DNA of 63,427 bases, the filler included, from Cercozoa sp. M6MM (lineage: Eukaryota; Protista; Endomyxa: Ascetosporea), in the NCBI GenBank assembly GCA_040357565.1. It is 6 parts of 6 records of this genome, joined end to end, with 100 filler letters (N's around TTAATTAATTAA, not from the genome) between each part and the next. Parts side by side here need not be neighbours in the genome. Positions count along the whole stretch, not along the records: positions 29,547 to 47,853 come from JBDODJ010000237.1; positions 47,954 to 60,019 come from JBDODJ010000388.1; positions 60,120 to 63,427 come from JBDODJ010001509.1; 3 more parts are not named here. One strand, given 5' to 3'. The translations under genes and the position numbers were made by a program. Within the stretch, counting starts at the first letter, position 1. The number at the start of each line of letters is the position of its first letter. Positions 47,169 to 63,427 of the stretch are shown one piece after another. Under the pieces are notes generated by a model. It worked only from the letters and a program-made list of their open reading frames with translations, had not been told where the DNA came from and did no database searches.

Positions 47169-47238
47169 CTGTGTGTGTGTGTCTGTGTGTGTGTGTCTGT
47201 GTGTGTGTGTCTGTGTGTGTGTGTGTATGTGTGTGTAT

Positions 47239-47275
<37 letters not shown>

Positions 47276-47790
47276 GTGTGCTGTATTGACAGAGCACGAT
47301 AGAAGAAGAGTCGAAACCACTGCCTGCAAACCTGTTCATGCAGCGCGCCCAGACACGTGCGTTTCTTGCCTTCTTGGTCTTTGCTAAGGGCGCGCAGGCA
47401 AAGCTTGTTGTGTGGGAGGCACAGGCAAGCGCTCAGTGAAGACGGCGCCGTCGTTGAAGATGGCGCGATCCGACGCGTCGACGGAGCAGTCGCGGCGCGC
47501 GCAGAAGAAAGTGCGTGCGCTGGTGCGACGTGCCGCTGCTTCCTTCTGCCCTGTGGTGCGCCACCCTTTTGTCCCCTTAACGAAGCGACCCCTTCTCTGA
47601 CCCTCAACTTTACTATTCCTTTCACTGGTCTGTACAGGTCGGCTTTGCATTGGTTCCAAGGCCAGAAAGCGACTCGGTGGAGCCTGTCGTTCTCCAAGGT
47701 AGTACCTATATTTGAGGGTACCTAGGTACCCTGTACCCTTGCTGTGCAGGAAGACAAACCAAACAGTCGACCTTGTTGCGGTAAAAAAAG
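46733..47790 (+). CDS. hypothetical protein, multi-exon
   Basis: MRLLPPPPIDAKFLDPL.. followed by several in-frame exons with GT-AG introns; 3' end uncertain next to the spacer. Confidence 0.45.
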
Positions 47791-47802
47791 AGATGATCGG
47801 TC

Positions 47803-47853
<51 letters not shown>

Positions 47854-47975
47854 NNNNNNNNNNNNNNNNNNNNNNNNNNNNNNNNNNNNNNNNNNNNTTA
47901 ATTAATTAANNNNNNNNNNNNNNNNNNNNNNNNNNNNNNNNNNNNNNNNNNNNCTTTACCCCCCCCCCCCCGCAG

Positions 47976-51431
<3,456 letters not shown>

Positions 51432-51459
51432 CGTATGCGTAGTGCGGTGCGGTAGTGCT

Positions 51460-52100
51460 ACCTAGTGCTAGAGTTAGTTGGTTAAGTCTTAAATGAAACC
51501 AACTAAGTAGTTCCCCGCCCCTGCAGTTGAGGGTTCGAGCATTCATGCACTCTCGTGGTGCGGTGTTTGGGGATAGTCGAGTTGTAGTATTAGAAGCTTC
51601 CAAGTCTGTTGCACAGGAATCGTGGGAGTGTGCGAATGCCTGCGATGCCGAGTTCCCGATATGTTCCCATGGGTGTTTTTGTAGAGTTCTGACTCTGGGC
51701 CTTCTGAGAGGGCCTTGTGGTTCTTTGTTGTTGCTGTTTCGCGTCTCCTTTTTCAGTTTCTTGCAGTCTCTGTTTATTTTGATCCAGTTTCTCCTGTTGT
51801 GGCTGTTCCTTCCTTTCTTTGCTTATTTGTCTGCGAGTTCGTTGAGATGAATGTGTCGGTGTGATGGTACCCTGATGTCCAGCCAGTCAGTTGCGTCTAC
51901 TTGTTGTATCTCTGCTCTGTTCGAGAGGTATCAGTTGGAGCCTCTGTCTTCCGTATCGACCATGTCTCATGTTCTTTGGGTCTGTTTCGTTTCTGCCGAG
52001 GCTTTTTTTTTATCGCGCTCCGTTCATACGCGTGCCGTTTGAGTAGTTTGCCTATAATAGTTTCCGTGCGTTGCTTATAATAGTGTGTCCCGTTCACAAT
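51460..52100 (-). mobile_element. degenerate non-LTR retrotransposon remnant with RNase H motif
   Basis: Minus strand 51876-51811 reads IRVPSHRHIHLNELADK*AKKG (RNase H VPSHxxxxxNExADxxAKxG with an in-frame stop); A-rich sense strand; 3' end GGGGAACTACTTAGTTGGTTTC..AACCAACTAAC. Confidence 0.7.
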
Positions 52101-52174
52101 GTATCTAATAACAGACTGACCAAACTAGGCGACGCTAGCTACGGACGGGATCGATGGCTACCGCGCCGGCAGGT

Positions 52175-53007
52175 TTATGCAAAATGGGCGTCGCCGGCCT
52201 TGATGAGGGAGTGCACCTGATCGTAGCGCGCGATCCAGACATCGCCGGCATCGAGCGTGGCCGTGCTCTCGTTGCTAAAGCGGTGCTCGCGTACGTCCCG
52301 CAGCATACGGATGAACACGTGCTCGGTAATATCGGGCTCAGTGTGCGCCTTCTTGGGCAGCTTGCTACCCGATAAATCAAACAGGCATGTCAGACGATGT
52401 CACACAAAGAAAAACGAGTGGAAACGCAGGAGGAAGGAACCGGTAGCGCTGTGGCAGGCGGCCCAGCACCGAGTGGTCCATAGTGAGCTCGGTGAGGCGC
52501 GCGTAGTCGGCGAGCAGGTCGAGCTCAGCATCGCACAGGTAGGAGTACCACTCGCCAGTCTCGTCGAGATAGTGCCGCGGATGCCGCAGAAGTTTGCGCA
52601 CTCGTTCGCGCAGGTACGATTTCAACAAAAATCGCACGCGCTGCAGCTCGAGTCGTACAGCCTCGACAATCGTCGCCTGTGCTCACACATATCACAATAG
52701 GGAGCAACATGAGGAGAAACACAGCACAATGGGAGTGCGAGACCTGGTCTTCGTTCACGGTCTTTGTGTCCAAAGCAGCCAACTCTTCCTCGCGCTGATC
52801 GATCGAGTCCTTTAGTGTCCTGTTTGCTCGCCGAATATATAGCGGCAATTACTGGGGCAAAGCGGAGAAATACCTGACGCATTCGACCTCGAAAGGCAAA
52901 ATGTCCGGTGAGCAGCGCTCATTGACCCAGGCCTGCTTGAGCTGCGCATACGCCGCAGCGCACGTCAGCTCTTCTTCCTCCTCCTCCATGTGCGTGCACT
53001 GCGACAT
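52175..53007 (-). CDS. GINS4: GINS complex subunit Sld5
   Basis: LKQAWVNERCSPDILPFE, ELQRVRFLLKSYLRERVRKL, EPDITEHVFIR..LDAGDVWIARYDQV. Confidence 0.92.
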
Positions 53008-53346
53008 GTGGTGGCAGGTACAATACCACTCGCCGGTTCAATGTCATGTTGGAGCCAAAACAACATTGCCCTTACCGGCGGAAATCGCGCACAACAGTAA
53101 TACTAATGTTGCCGGCACAGCTTTGCAACACGTGGCGACCCTGCGTGAACTCTGATCAGTATTATCAAACAAAGAAATGTTGTAGCCGGAGGTGTAGCCA
53201 CTCGCTGATTTTGTTCAGTTGTTTTCCAAACGTCCTGCCGGCGTGTTGCGCTTAACATTAACGGAGGGTTTAAAAAACACGCTGGAGTTCACATTTGACT
53301 TATTCCGCAGAGCCCGGTAGCGATAACGCCCCGAGACCTGAACGAT

Positions 53347-54576
<1,230 letters not shown>

Positions 54577-54791
54577 CTATGCAGTTCAGATGCTACTTAG
54601 TCGTATTTCTGGCCTCGCTTTCCAAGCACAGCTGTCGTAAAAGGCCCAAACCGAACAGCAACGCTCAACTTTCGGCTACGGTTCTCTCCTGTTGGACCAC
54701 ATTCGTATTGTACGGCAAATATTAAAAATCAGTCTCTACGGAAAGGCGTTCTAGTCTCAACAAACAGCATAGGTGCTGTGCGCATACACGC

Positions 54792-57700
54792 ATGAACGAC
54801 TCGCGCGGCCGTAGCCAGGTATATCCTCACACGCGCAAGCAACAATCAAAGAAAAATGTGGTCTATATTTTTGCACTGCAGAAGCGCAAAACGACGCGAA
54901 ATGAGCTAAAGAGTACCCTAATTTGCACGATTTAGAAGTTTAAATTAAAGAAGCTCCATGTTCGCATGTCATTGCAGCCGCTCACTTTGCAACGCGCAAG
55001 TCGAACTCTGCAGCGGCACAGCAGTTGCCAGATGCGGTGGTGCGTGCCCTTGGCGGCTGTCCATTGGGTATTCGAGTCAAGCAGCTTAAGTGTTTCACTA
55101 GATCTGCACATTTCTTGTGTTATCCAGGCGAAAAGGTGCTGCAAGCGAATACACTGAGCGCCCAGATCGCTGCCTTGAAGAAGCTTGCCAATTCGGAGGT
55201 ATCCCGCCATCCGAGCTGTAAAGATATATGCCTGAGCACTGCGATTCTGCGAGTGTACGTCTGTAGGCTAGACTTGAGGTGGCAGCAGCAATCTGTGCAT
55301 CGCCCGAACTGACGCGGCTCCGAAAGTCGGCGGCGCAACTCGCGCGTGACACCAGTCCCTCCGAGTCTGAAGTGTGTCGCATGTGACCTAGCAAACGTAT
55401 GGGCCTGGATTGTACTGTGTGGTAGGTTGGCGTGTGCGTTGACCTGGCACTAGACCGATTGCGTCAGTTGCACGAACCGTGCGACAGTGAGACTGATGTA
55501 CATCTTCTTTCTCTGTATTCTGTATCTGTTATGCCCCCCGCCATATGTCCTCAGGTCAAGCAGCTCGTGCAAGCAGTGTCTCACACCTTGTGTCTCGTGC
55601 CGTGTCTCCCTGTGCACGTTCCCGTTGGTTCTTTGACCTTCTGCTTGCCACTCGTTGTTTTTCTTTAACCTCTATATGTAACAGTGATTGATGCTTTCAC
55701 ACAAGCCCTGCGTGTTCCCTATGGTACTATGTAGTAGATCCAGATACCTGTATCAGTAACTGCCCTTACCTATTTTCTCTTTCAGCCCAAGCGGTACAGG
55801 CAAGTGCAGTGGCACGTGAGCTCTTGCGTGCACTGCAGCAGTACGTGACACGTGCCGAGCCAACCGAGCACCTTTGCGCGCTGTCTCGAGTTCTGTCACA
55901 CATGCTGGTCGCTGGTGTCCTGCACAAGGACTGTCTGACACAGGCGTCTCTGCTGTACACTTCCACCTTCCTGTACACGCAGACTATTTTGAAGTACACT
56001 CTGCTGCAGTCTGGCCACGCTGCACACAGAACCACACTGGCGCGTCGAAATCCTTGACACTCACTCTGATGACGGTGTCAAAACGATCGCCGAGATCAAC
56101 GGTCTCTGCCGACCGTCGCACGTGCCCAATCACGTGTGTCATCTCGCTCTCATGTACGGCACTTCCTATTTGCACACATGTCTTTCCTATTTGCACACGT
56201 GCTTTCGCAGTCGCGGTTGGTTCGGCCGACCGCGCATGTGTTTCAACGAGGCCACCGTGGACGGCATGAGCGAGGCTCTCGATGTGGTCACGGCTCTGTG
56301 TCGCCACTCGGACCCGCACACGCGTCTCTTTGCGGTCAACACGGTAGGCGCTGCCTGTCTCTTTCTGGGGATCTGTTTCTACACTGCTACACTGCGGATG
56401 TTGCTTGATGGGCAGCTGGACGTGCTGCTGCTGCTGCTGGCCAAGGTGCCTCCGCTCTCTTCAGTCTCTTTCAGTCCCATAAGTAGATCCATGTGTTACA
56501 GGAGTCGGAGAAACAAGCGGATCTTGCGGCGAAATTTGCGCGTTTCCAGGCGTCCGTGTTCCAACTGGTACTCTTTTCTGTGTCCACGATGTCAGTCCAC
56601 TGTGTTCGTCCATTGTGTTTATTTGTACGGACCATACCGACCGACCATACCGATCATACTCTGTACGGATGTGCGCAGATCGCGGACAACCTGGAGAACT
56701 CGTTTCGCGCCGTCGCGATTGCGCAGGAGAAGGTGCTGCAGCACTACCTGCGCATCTTTGTGTTGGACGACTTGGCCAGTCTCATTGCCTTCACTGAAAT
56801 CTTTTCGGCCGTGGTACCCATCCCTTTACATGTTATACCTTCCGTATAATCCTTTAACTTAGACCGATGAGAGACATCGCGCCATGTACGTGTTCCTGCT
56901 GAGCACGCAGACGCGGTACCTGCGTCTGGCACGTGCGTCGGCACAGTACGAAGAGTGCGTGCAGCAGTGGGTGCGTCGTATGCCCGTGTCACTCACGGCA
57001 TTGCTGGCGCGTGCCACTGACCCCTTCACGTACACTGATCATTGTACCACCCCTCTTGTTACATGTCGTATAAATGTATAGCTGGGGTGCTGCACGCGCG
57101 TGCATTGAGCATCTCCTGCAGGTACCCGTGTTTGATACACTCTGTATATGCATCTGTGCATATATGCGTGTCTGTGGTCTCGCAGAACGCGTACTACTTG
57201 GACCAGGAGACGTCGGTGAAACTGTCGCAGATTCGCAAGAAGCTTCGCAGTACTGGGCCTTGTGCAGTGACTTGTGCAGTGATTTTCCTTGTGTGTAATT
57301 CACTTTTGGAGTAGAGGGCAAGCAGGTGTCGCCGGAGGAGCAACAGGTGCTCACACACACGCAGCAGGCACTGGCGGCGGCGTCGCAGCTCTGGCTGTCT
57401 GCCTTAGCCGAGGTATTACCTATTTACCTACCCGCCTATCACCTACCTATCCACACCCACCGACCCATCTACCTACCTCCCTACCTACCTGCCTACCTAC
57501 CTATCCTACCTACCTACCTACCTACCTACCTACCTACCTACCTACCTCCCCCTACCTACCTACCTACCCTACCTACGTACCCACTCACCTTCCTCTACCT
57601 ACCTGCTCGATGTGTTGATACAGCTACGAGGAGACACTGCTGCGTTCGATCGCATCTGTGCTGAGTTCCTTCCGGTCGCTGTGCGTGTCGAGAAGCAGGT

Positions 57701-59251
57701 GAGCATAGCTTACCCTCACCCCTTTGCAACCTCCCCCTATTTCACTGTTGGTTGCCTCTGTCGTGTACAGCGACGTGTGAGTGACGAGGCGTGCCAGTGC
57801 CTGTTCGAGCAGGTGCTGCGCACTCTCGAAGGCACGGGCAGTGTCGTCGACGGCGCCGGTGCCAGCATTCGCGTGCTGCGGCATGTGCTGCACTTTGTGC
57901 GCGCCGCCAAGAAACACGCCTTGCTCTCCGAGGAGTTCCTGCATCAGGTATACCCCCTTTACCCGTATCCTTCCCATACCGTTCAGCTATACCCTTCACC
58001 CCTACCCTTTACCCTTTTACACTACCTTTACCTTTTGTGCAGGAGCTGCTGGTGCAACGCAAGGATCTAATGCATGTACTCTCTCCATCTCTCATATTTA
58101 ACTGCAGAGACGGTCGCACCTATGTTGTTGGAGTAGGTCGCTCTGCGTGCTGCCGATGAGGAGACGCGACTCACCTGCATCGACGTATGTTATGAATTAT
58201 CTATGTGGACGTATGTCTTTGTGTATCTGTGTAGGTGTGTCTCTATGTATGTATGTGTGTACATAGGTGTACGTAAAATGTGTGTCTTTGTGTATATGCG
58301 AATAGGTGCTGCTGTCGACATCGCGCACGTCGAGTCCGCCGTCGTTGCTGCAGTGTCAGACTACACTGGCCTGTCTTGAAGCATGGTACTTTTCTCCTCT
58401 TCCCCTTGCTACCCACCTTACTCCCTCTCCCCTGTCCTCAGGTGCTTTGAGAGTGACTCTGGGTCTCGCGACAAGTTGGTTGCGCTGCTGCTGCGCTTTC
58501 TCGCACGTGCGCTCAAGTACTTCCGACCTCGTGAACTACCTACCACTCCGTATATATTGGTATCTGCACTAGACACAAGTCAACGGGCTACGTGGCGAGT
58601 TTCTGTGCACACTTCTTCGCCTTCCTGGTTAAGGAGGCGCAGTTCGAGGCGCCCTTTGAGCGAGTGTACTCTCTTTGTTACCAGCAGGGAAATAGGGGGT
58701 ATAGATTCCCTCTGATCACAGAAGTGTTGTGCTCGAGCTGCTGCACGGTGCCACACACGACGCCAACTTCGACACGGCGCTCTTGCTGTCTGGTAGTTCT
58801 TCTACCCCTTCTCCCTACCCAAGTACGTGTATATACCCATAGAGACCAAGGAGAGCATCGTTGCCAACTTGCTCACGCTGCTGTCCAACGGGTATCATCT
58901 GTCTACTGTGTAATTATAGGAACCTGTTATACCCCCTCGTACCCCCCCCCCTGTTTACCCCTCCGTATATAGCTGGGATCGCGTGCGTCTTCTGAGTTCG
59001 CACACGTTGCAGCGCCTGCCGGTCGAACTGTTTGCGTCTCTCAATGTCGACGACTACGTCCAGTGGTATATTCAAGTATCTACATATACATATCTATATC
59101 TTGTGTATATATTTATGTATTTGTTTGTATATATGCAGGTACTTGGCACTGGCGCGGTCGCCTCGTCCTGCACACTTCAGTAGGCGCTATCCTTCCTGTG
59201 TGTGTGTATGTGTGTGTGTGTGTGTGTGTGTGCGTGTGGGTGTGTGTGTGG

Positions 59252-59282
<31 letters not shown>

Positions 59283-60019
59283 TGTGTGTGTGTGTGTGTT
59301 TAATATTGCTGAAAGCAGGCGGTGCTGCCTGCGGACTCCAGGTGCTGATCGACAAGGCCAAGATCGCGCTCGGTACACACTGTGACTGATCCCTGATCGA
59401 TGCTGATCGATACTGATCAGTGTAGCTCCCGAAACCGTCCTCAGTGAGTTGAAGAAAACCGTCACTGTTCTGCAGGACGGCAATGTGCTGCACTTCCTGG
59501 TACCTGTCTCAATGTGTCCTTCTGCACAGTCACCTGTGCATGTGTGAGATCGACCCTTGCAGAGGCCGGAAGGACGTGTGCACGGACTGCTGGAACTGCT
59601 CGGACTGCTGCAGCTCTCCTCTGAGCAGGTGTGCTAGCTTGCCCCTCTACCCCATGGGCCCCTCTATCACCAATCCACCCCCTTATACCGTCCTCGCTAC
59701 AGACCGTGCAAGCTGTGCGCCTGGCGCGTCAGGTAGCGTCGCAGGCGCTGCGCTTCCACAGCGGCGACGACGCGCAGGTTGACTGCCGCGGCCACTTGGT
59801 CCTCCCGGTTCAGCACACTGGACACGAGCAGGTACCTATCTTCCTTGCCCTACCTACTTGCTACTGTATGGTTGTACTATCAATGTGTCCGCGTGGGCAG
59901 GCCGACGCCGTGTTCTCTGCGAGTACGTGGCATGGCATTCGGTGCGCGTGCGATCTCATGGTGCAGCTGTCGAAGCGACTCTACCACACCGTGGGCGGTA
60001 TCACCCCCCCCCCCCCCCC
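54792..60019 (+). CDS. THADA: THADA/Trm732 armadillo-repeat tRNA-methylation cofactor, 5' part
   Basis: ARM-like helices; DEETRLTCIDVLLSTSRTSSPP..SDSGSRDKLVALLLRFLARA, WDRVRLLSSHTL, LARSPR, HGIRCA parallel conserved THADA segments; cut by spacer. Confidence 0.7.
57420..57605. repeat. intronic (CTAC)n microsatellite
   Basis: Direct inspection. Confidence 0.9.
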
Positions 60020-60120
60020 NNNNNNNNNNNNNNNNNNNNNNNNNNNNNNNNNNNNNNNNNNNNTTAATTAATTAANNNNNNNNNNNNNNNNNNNNNNNNN
60101 NNNNNNNNNNNNNNNNNNNG

Positions 60121-60215
<95 letters not shown>

Positions 60216-60238
60216 CAATATGTTTATATTTTGAGTAG

Positions 60239-60323
60239 GGTAAGCGGATTCGAGAGTCTCTGCTGCCGATGGAAGCCGGTGTCTACCTGCGCTCGCTTTT
60301 TGAGAAGAATGAGCTAGCCTAGT
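60239..60323 (+). CDS. terminal exon of a gene whose 5' part lies beyond the contig start
   Basis: After a (TG)n intron and TAG acceptor: GKRIRESLLPMEAGVYLRSLFEKNELA*. Confidence 0.5.
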
Positions 60324-60536
60324 TCGTTACGTTAACCAACAGCGATCGTGGGTGTATGTTGTGGTCGCTACGACGAGAATCTCATCGTGTTTTCGTCAAA
60401 AAGACTGAACCCAGTCCCGAGCTCGCGTATCATCAAACCAAGATTGCTTTTTTTGGCCAGTGTTGTGGAATTTTTATTCATAAATCGAATCTGAGTGAAG
60501 ATTGAATCAGACTTTGGATTTTGGTATTTTTGGTTT

Positions 60537-63340
60537 TCAGTGCTTTTCTTGTGCCTCTAATTTGATGGCGCTACTTGCACAGCACGTCTCGCTTAAATTA
60601 CAATAGTACATTTGTTTTCTGTGCTGCAACACCGACCCCCAGTGCAACTCAAAATCAGTGATAAGCGGCGTCAACGGCTCTTCCAAAGCACCGGCGGTTG
60701 TGCAAACGACGCCCTTGTTGCCGTCACGGTCCTCCTCATCGACGTCGTCGTCGTCAAAGTCGTGCAAGCGCAACTCCAGATTGAGGTTGCTCATGCCAAG
60801 GTCGGTGGTCACAATTCTGGCCATCGCAACTTGCTGCATCTCGGTGTCCTCCTCCTCCGCGACCTCCTCAAGCTCGTCAATCACCTGCAGGTTCGGTTCG
60901 ACCTCGAATTTCTGGGCGGCGTCGAACATATAAATCTAAAATTGGGGGGAGGCTCCAGTTGGGCACACATTTAAAGGCCACCAGAAATACCTGGAACGTG
61001 TCTGCCGTAGCTTTCTTCTGGGCATTGCGCTCGATGTCAAACATGTCGAAGGCGAGCGTACGCAGCCCCAGGAAGGAGCATTGCGCTGCCATGTGTTTGG
61101 CCGCCTGCATGTAAATCTACACCGGAAGAATAACACACACCAAGTCTGCAGGTTAAGTGAGAGGAGGGGAGTACCTCGCGCGTCTGCTGTCCGTCGGGAC
61201 TGCCGCCGCCTCGCCGGAAAACGCCAAAATCGCTCGGTGCGACTAGGCACTTGATCAGCACCTGATCCAAGCGCTTGTCATTCGCGCCGAACTTGAGTCG
61301 TGTGAGAGGTGCACACGTCAAGCACTCCACCACAGGTGCCACGACTAATCCAGTCACTGCGGTGTGAGGAAGGAAAACACGCACTGAGACAATGTTAGTC
61401 ACGATACTCTTTCGCAGTCGGGAGGGCTCGCTTCCCAAGTACATGGCTCGCACAGGGCGAATGTCGATCTCGCCGTTCGCCAGGTACATGTACTGTCCAT
61501 GCCAGGTGTTCCAGGGTGACAGATAAGACCCAAGTGAAAGTAGACAGTTGCGAGTACGGCACGCTCGGCGCGATGACGTCGCCAGCCGAGCGACTTGACG
61601 ATCAGCACGCACAGCAAGAGCAGGCTGGACGACAGCAGTGTCCACATGGCGAAGATATTTGACTGACCATGCGACATTGGATGACGCGCTGTGGCTAGCG
61701 CCAGGGTCACCAAGAGGTGCGAGAACAGCACAAACTGCAGACAAAGAGACAACATTAGATTGAAAAAAAAACAATGTGATGGGAGTTGCAAAACCAGCTC
61801 CAAGGCATTATCGGAGAGACGTCGATACGGCCACAAGAACAACTGCAGCAGCAGGAACACGGTCGTTACGCCGCCAAAGAGGAACATCATTTGTCCGAGG
61901 TTGCCATAGTCGACGTTCACGAACACGATCACGAGGAGGAGCTGCAGACATATAGACAAAGAATACCAATACCAGACAGATAAAATATCTTTTGCTAAAG
62001 GTACAGTTCGACGCATCAAAACGACAGCCTCCCAGAAGTCCCACCTGGGTCGATAGACCTCAGTAAGAATACCGATCTTTTGATGTGCCTCCAATGTGAA
62101 CAGCGTCTGCGTCATTCGTAAACATGCACACACGTAAATCTACCAACAACAGTACCTGCTTCCAAAGTCGGCGTCGTAGCGCAAAGAAGAGTGAAGCAGG
62201 AATGCCGACTCCTAATGCCTACATAAATTTAATCCCAGGGGGGTCAAAAATAATGAACACTCAGCAGAGAATATCCAAGGATACCAGTCCGATGATGGAC
62301 ATAAAGACACGCGTCGTTTTGTAGGCACCCGACGCACATGACACTGAAGGGTACGCTTTGAGCACTTGCAGGCCGTTCTGAGCACGTAGAAACTAATACC
62401 AAGCTATCACTCACGACTTGTGCACACATGTGTACCAAGCCTGCATCCGTGCAGCCAAACACCACTTGGAACGCGACATCCTGTGATCACATGCACACAG
62501 TACAAATGTGGCGAGTGGATGTCTATACAGACGGAAGGGAGTGAATGAACGCGGGTATACAAGTGTGGCAGCGTAGCTGCCAATGAGCAAGTAAAGCGCC
62601 GTGCGACGGTACTCGGCAACTGTGCGTGCACGTTGCTGCGCATCGTGACGGTTGGCCGAACAGCAGCGCGAGATGCACAGTCGCAGCATCAGCAGCACCG
62701 TCATAATCGCCTACACATAGTCAGATGCTTCCACTTTCTTTCTCTCCGCGGTTACACAATGGTACATAGGTGATCACAGGCGTCATGACAGACACCCAGA
62801 TACGCGTCATTGCGCTAAGTACACACGAAGTCAATTTATTTGTTTTATCAACAAGAGCGGGAGCCTACTTGGCGCGGCCGTAGCACATGCCACCTCCCGA
62901 CAAAGTCAGGATGTCTGCAAGCAGGAGGTTATTAAGCGACAGAAGTGCCGAGGGGATACAAACTGACCCAGCGAGAACAGGCCAAAAACGAGTCGTGGGA
63001 GCCACCCCACCAGCGCCGCATCGAGGGCTCCCGCGAACAGCGTGCTGCACAAACAGTGCAGCTCGTACATGTACAATCCACTATGCAGATTACCACATTT
63101 GCACGTAGTAGAGCAGGATGCGCACGGAGGCATCGTGAATGTGCTTGGCCACGTAGTGCATCAGCTCGATGTACACCAGGTACATGACCAGCACAGTTAC
63201 CACTGAAGTCAACATGCTGTCGATAAAGTTGGTGGACAAATTTAGCACAGAGTACCATTGCCAGCAATGCTGCTGTCGTTTTCACATGGAATGCACTTGC
63301 GTCCCCTGCATGCACCGGTGTAAAGTTCCAGGAGGTGACA

Positions 63341-63400
<60 letters not shown>

Positions 63401-63427
63401 TGTGTATGTGTGTGTGTATGTGTGTGT
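60537..63427 (-). CDS. multi-pass membrane protein of the TRP-like (GxLxxxY..WE..RK) class, 3' part, with long cytosolic tail
   Basis: KIGILTEVYRPRWDFWEAVVLMRR LLLVIVF..LLLQLFLWPYRRLSDNALE; many upstream TM exons; acidic C-terminus. Confidence 0.7.

Noticed and set aside
46733-47853. 5' half of the SNF2 gene
   Set aside because: Separated by an artificial spacer and lacking QLQ/HSA/DEAD-lobe motifs.

Overview
Gene-dense, very intron-rich eukaryotic (protist-like) nuclear DNA read with the standard genetic code. The window is six contigs joined by artificial N-TTAATTAATTAA-N spacers, plus one true N gap, so the ORF track is fragmentary and all gene models below were spliced by eye (exons about 30-200 nt, introns about 50-150 nt, GT/GC-AG). 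Recognisable genes: SAM+PH protein, adenylosuccinate lyase, trehalase, class V aminotransferase (5' part), cobalamin-dependent methionine synthase (5' part), mitochondrial HslU, NUF2, GRWD1/RRB1 (5' part), DRG1 (5' part), RAB6, pirin, a three-CNB PKG-like kinase, a DUF4203/TMEM198-like protein, PIG-L, a BRM/SNF2 ATPase (3' part), SLD5/GINS4, RAB2, THADA/TRM732 (5' part), a TRP-like membrane protein (3' part) and several hypotheticals. Highlights: (1) a phage/bacterial-type 'MNIF..CDKHVVKM' pyrimidine-dimer glycosylase-like gene, invisible in the ORF track, carrying six introns and a histone-H1-like GAAS[LP]K tail, head-to-head with NUF2; (2) an unusual 5' splice-site signature (GTAC-rich, +4A/+5G mostly absent); (3) a family of RNase H-bearing non-LTR retroelement remnants found only in tail-to-tail gene gaps, one of which supplies the NUF2 stop codon; (4) introns filled with private or shared mini/microsatellites.
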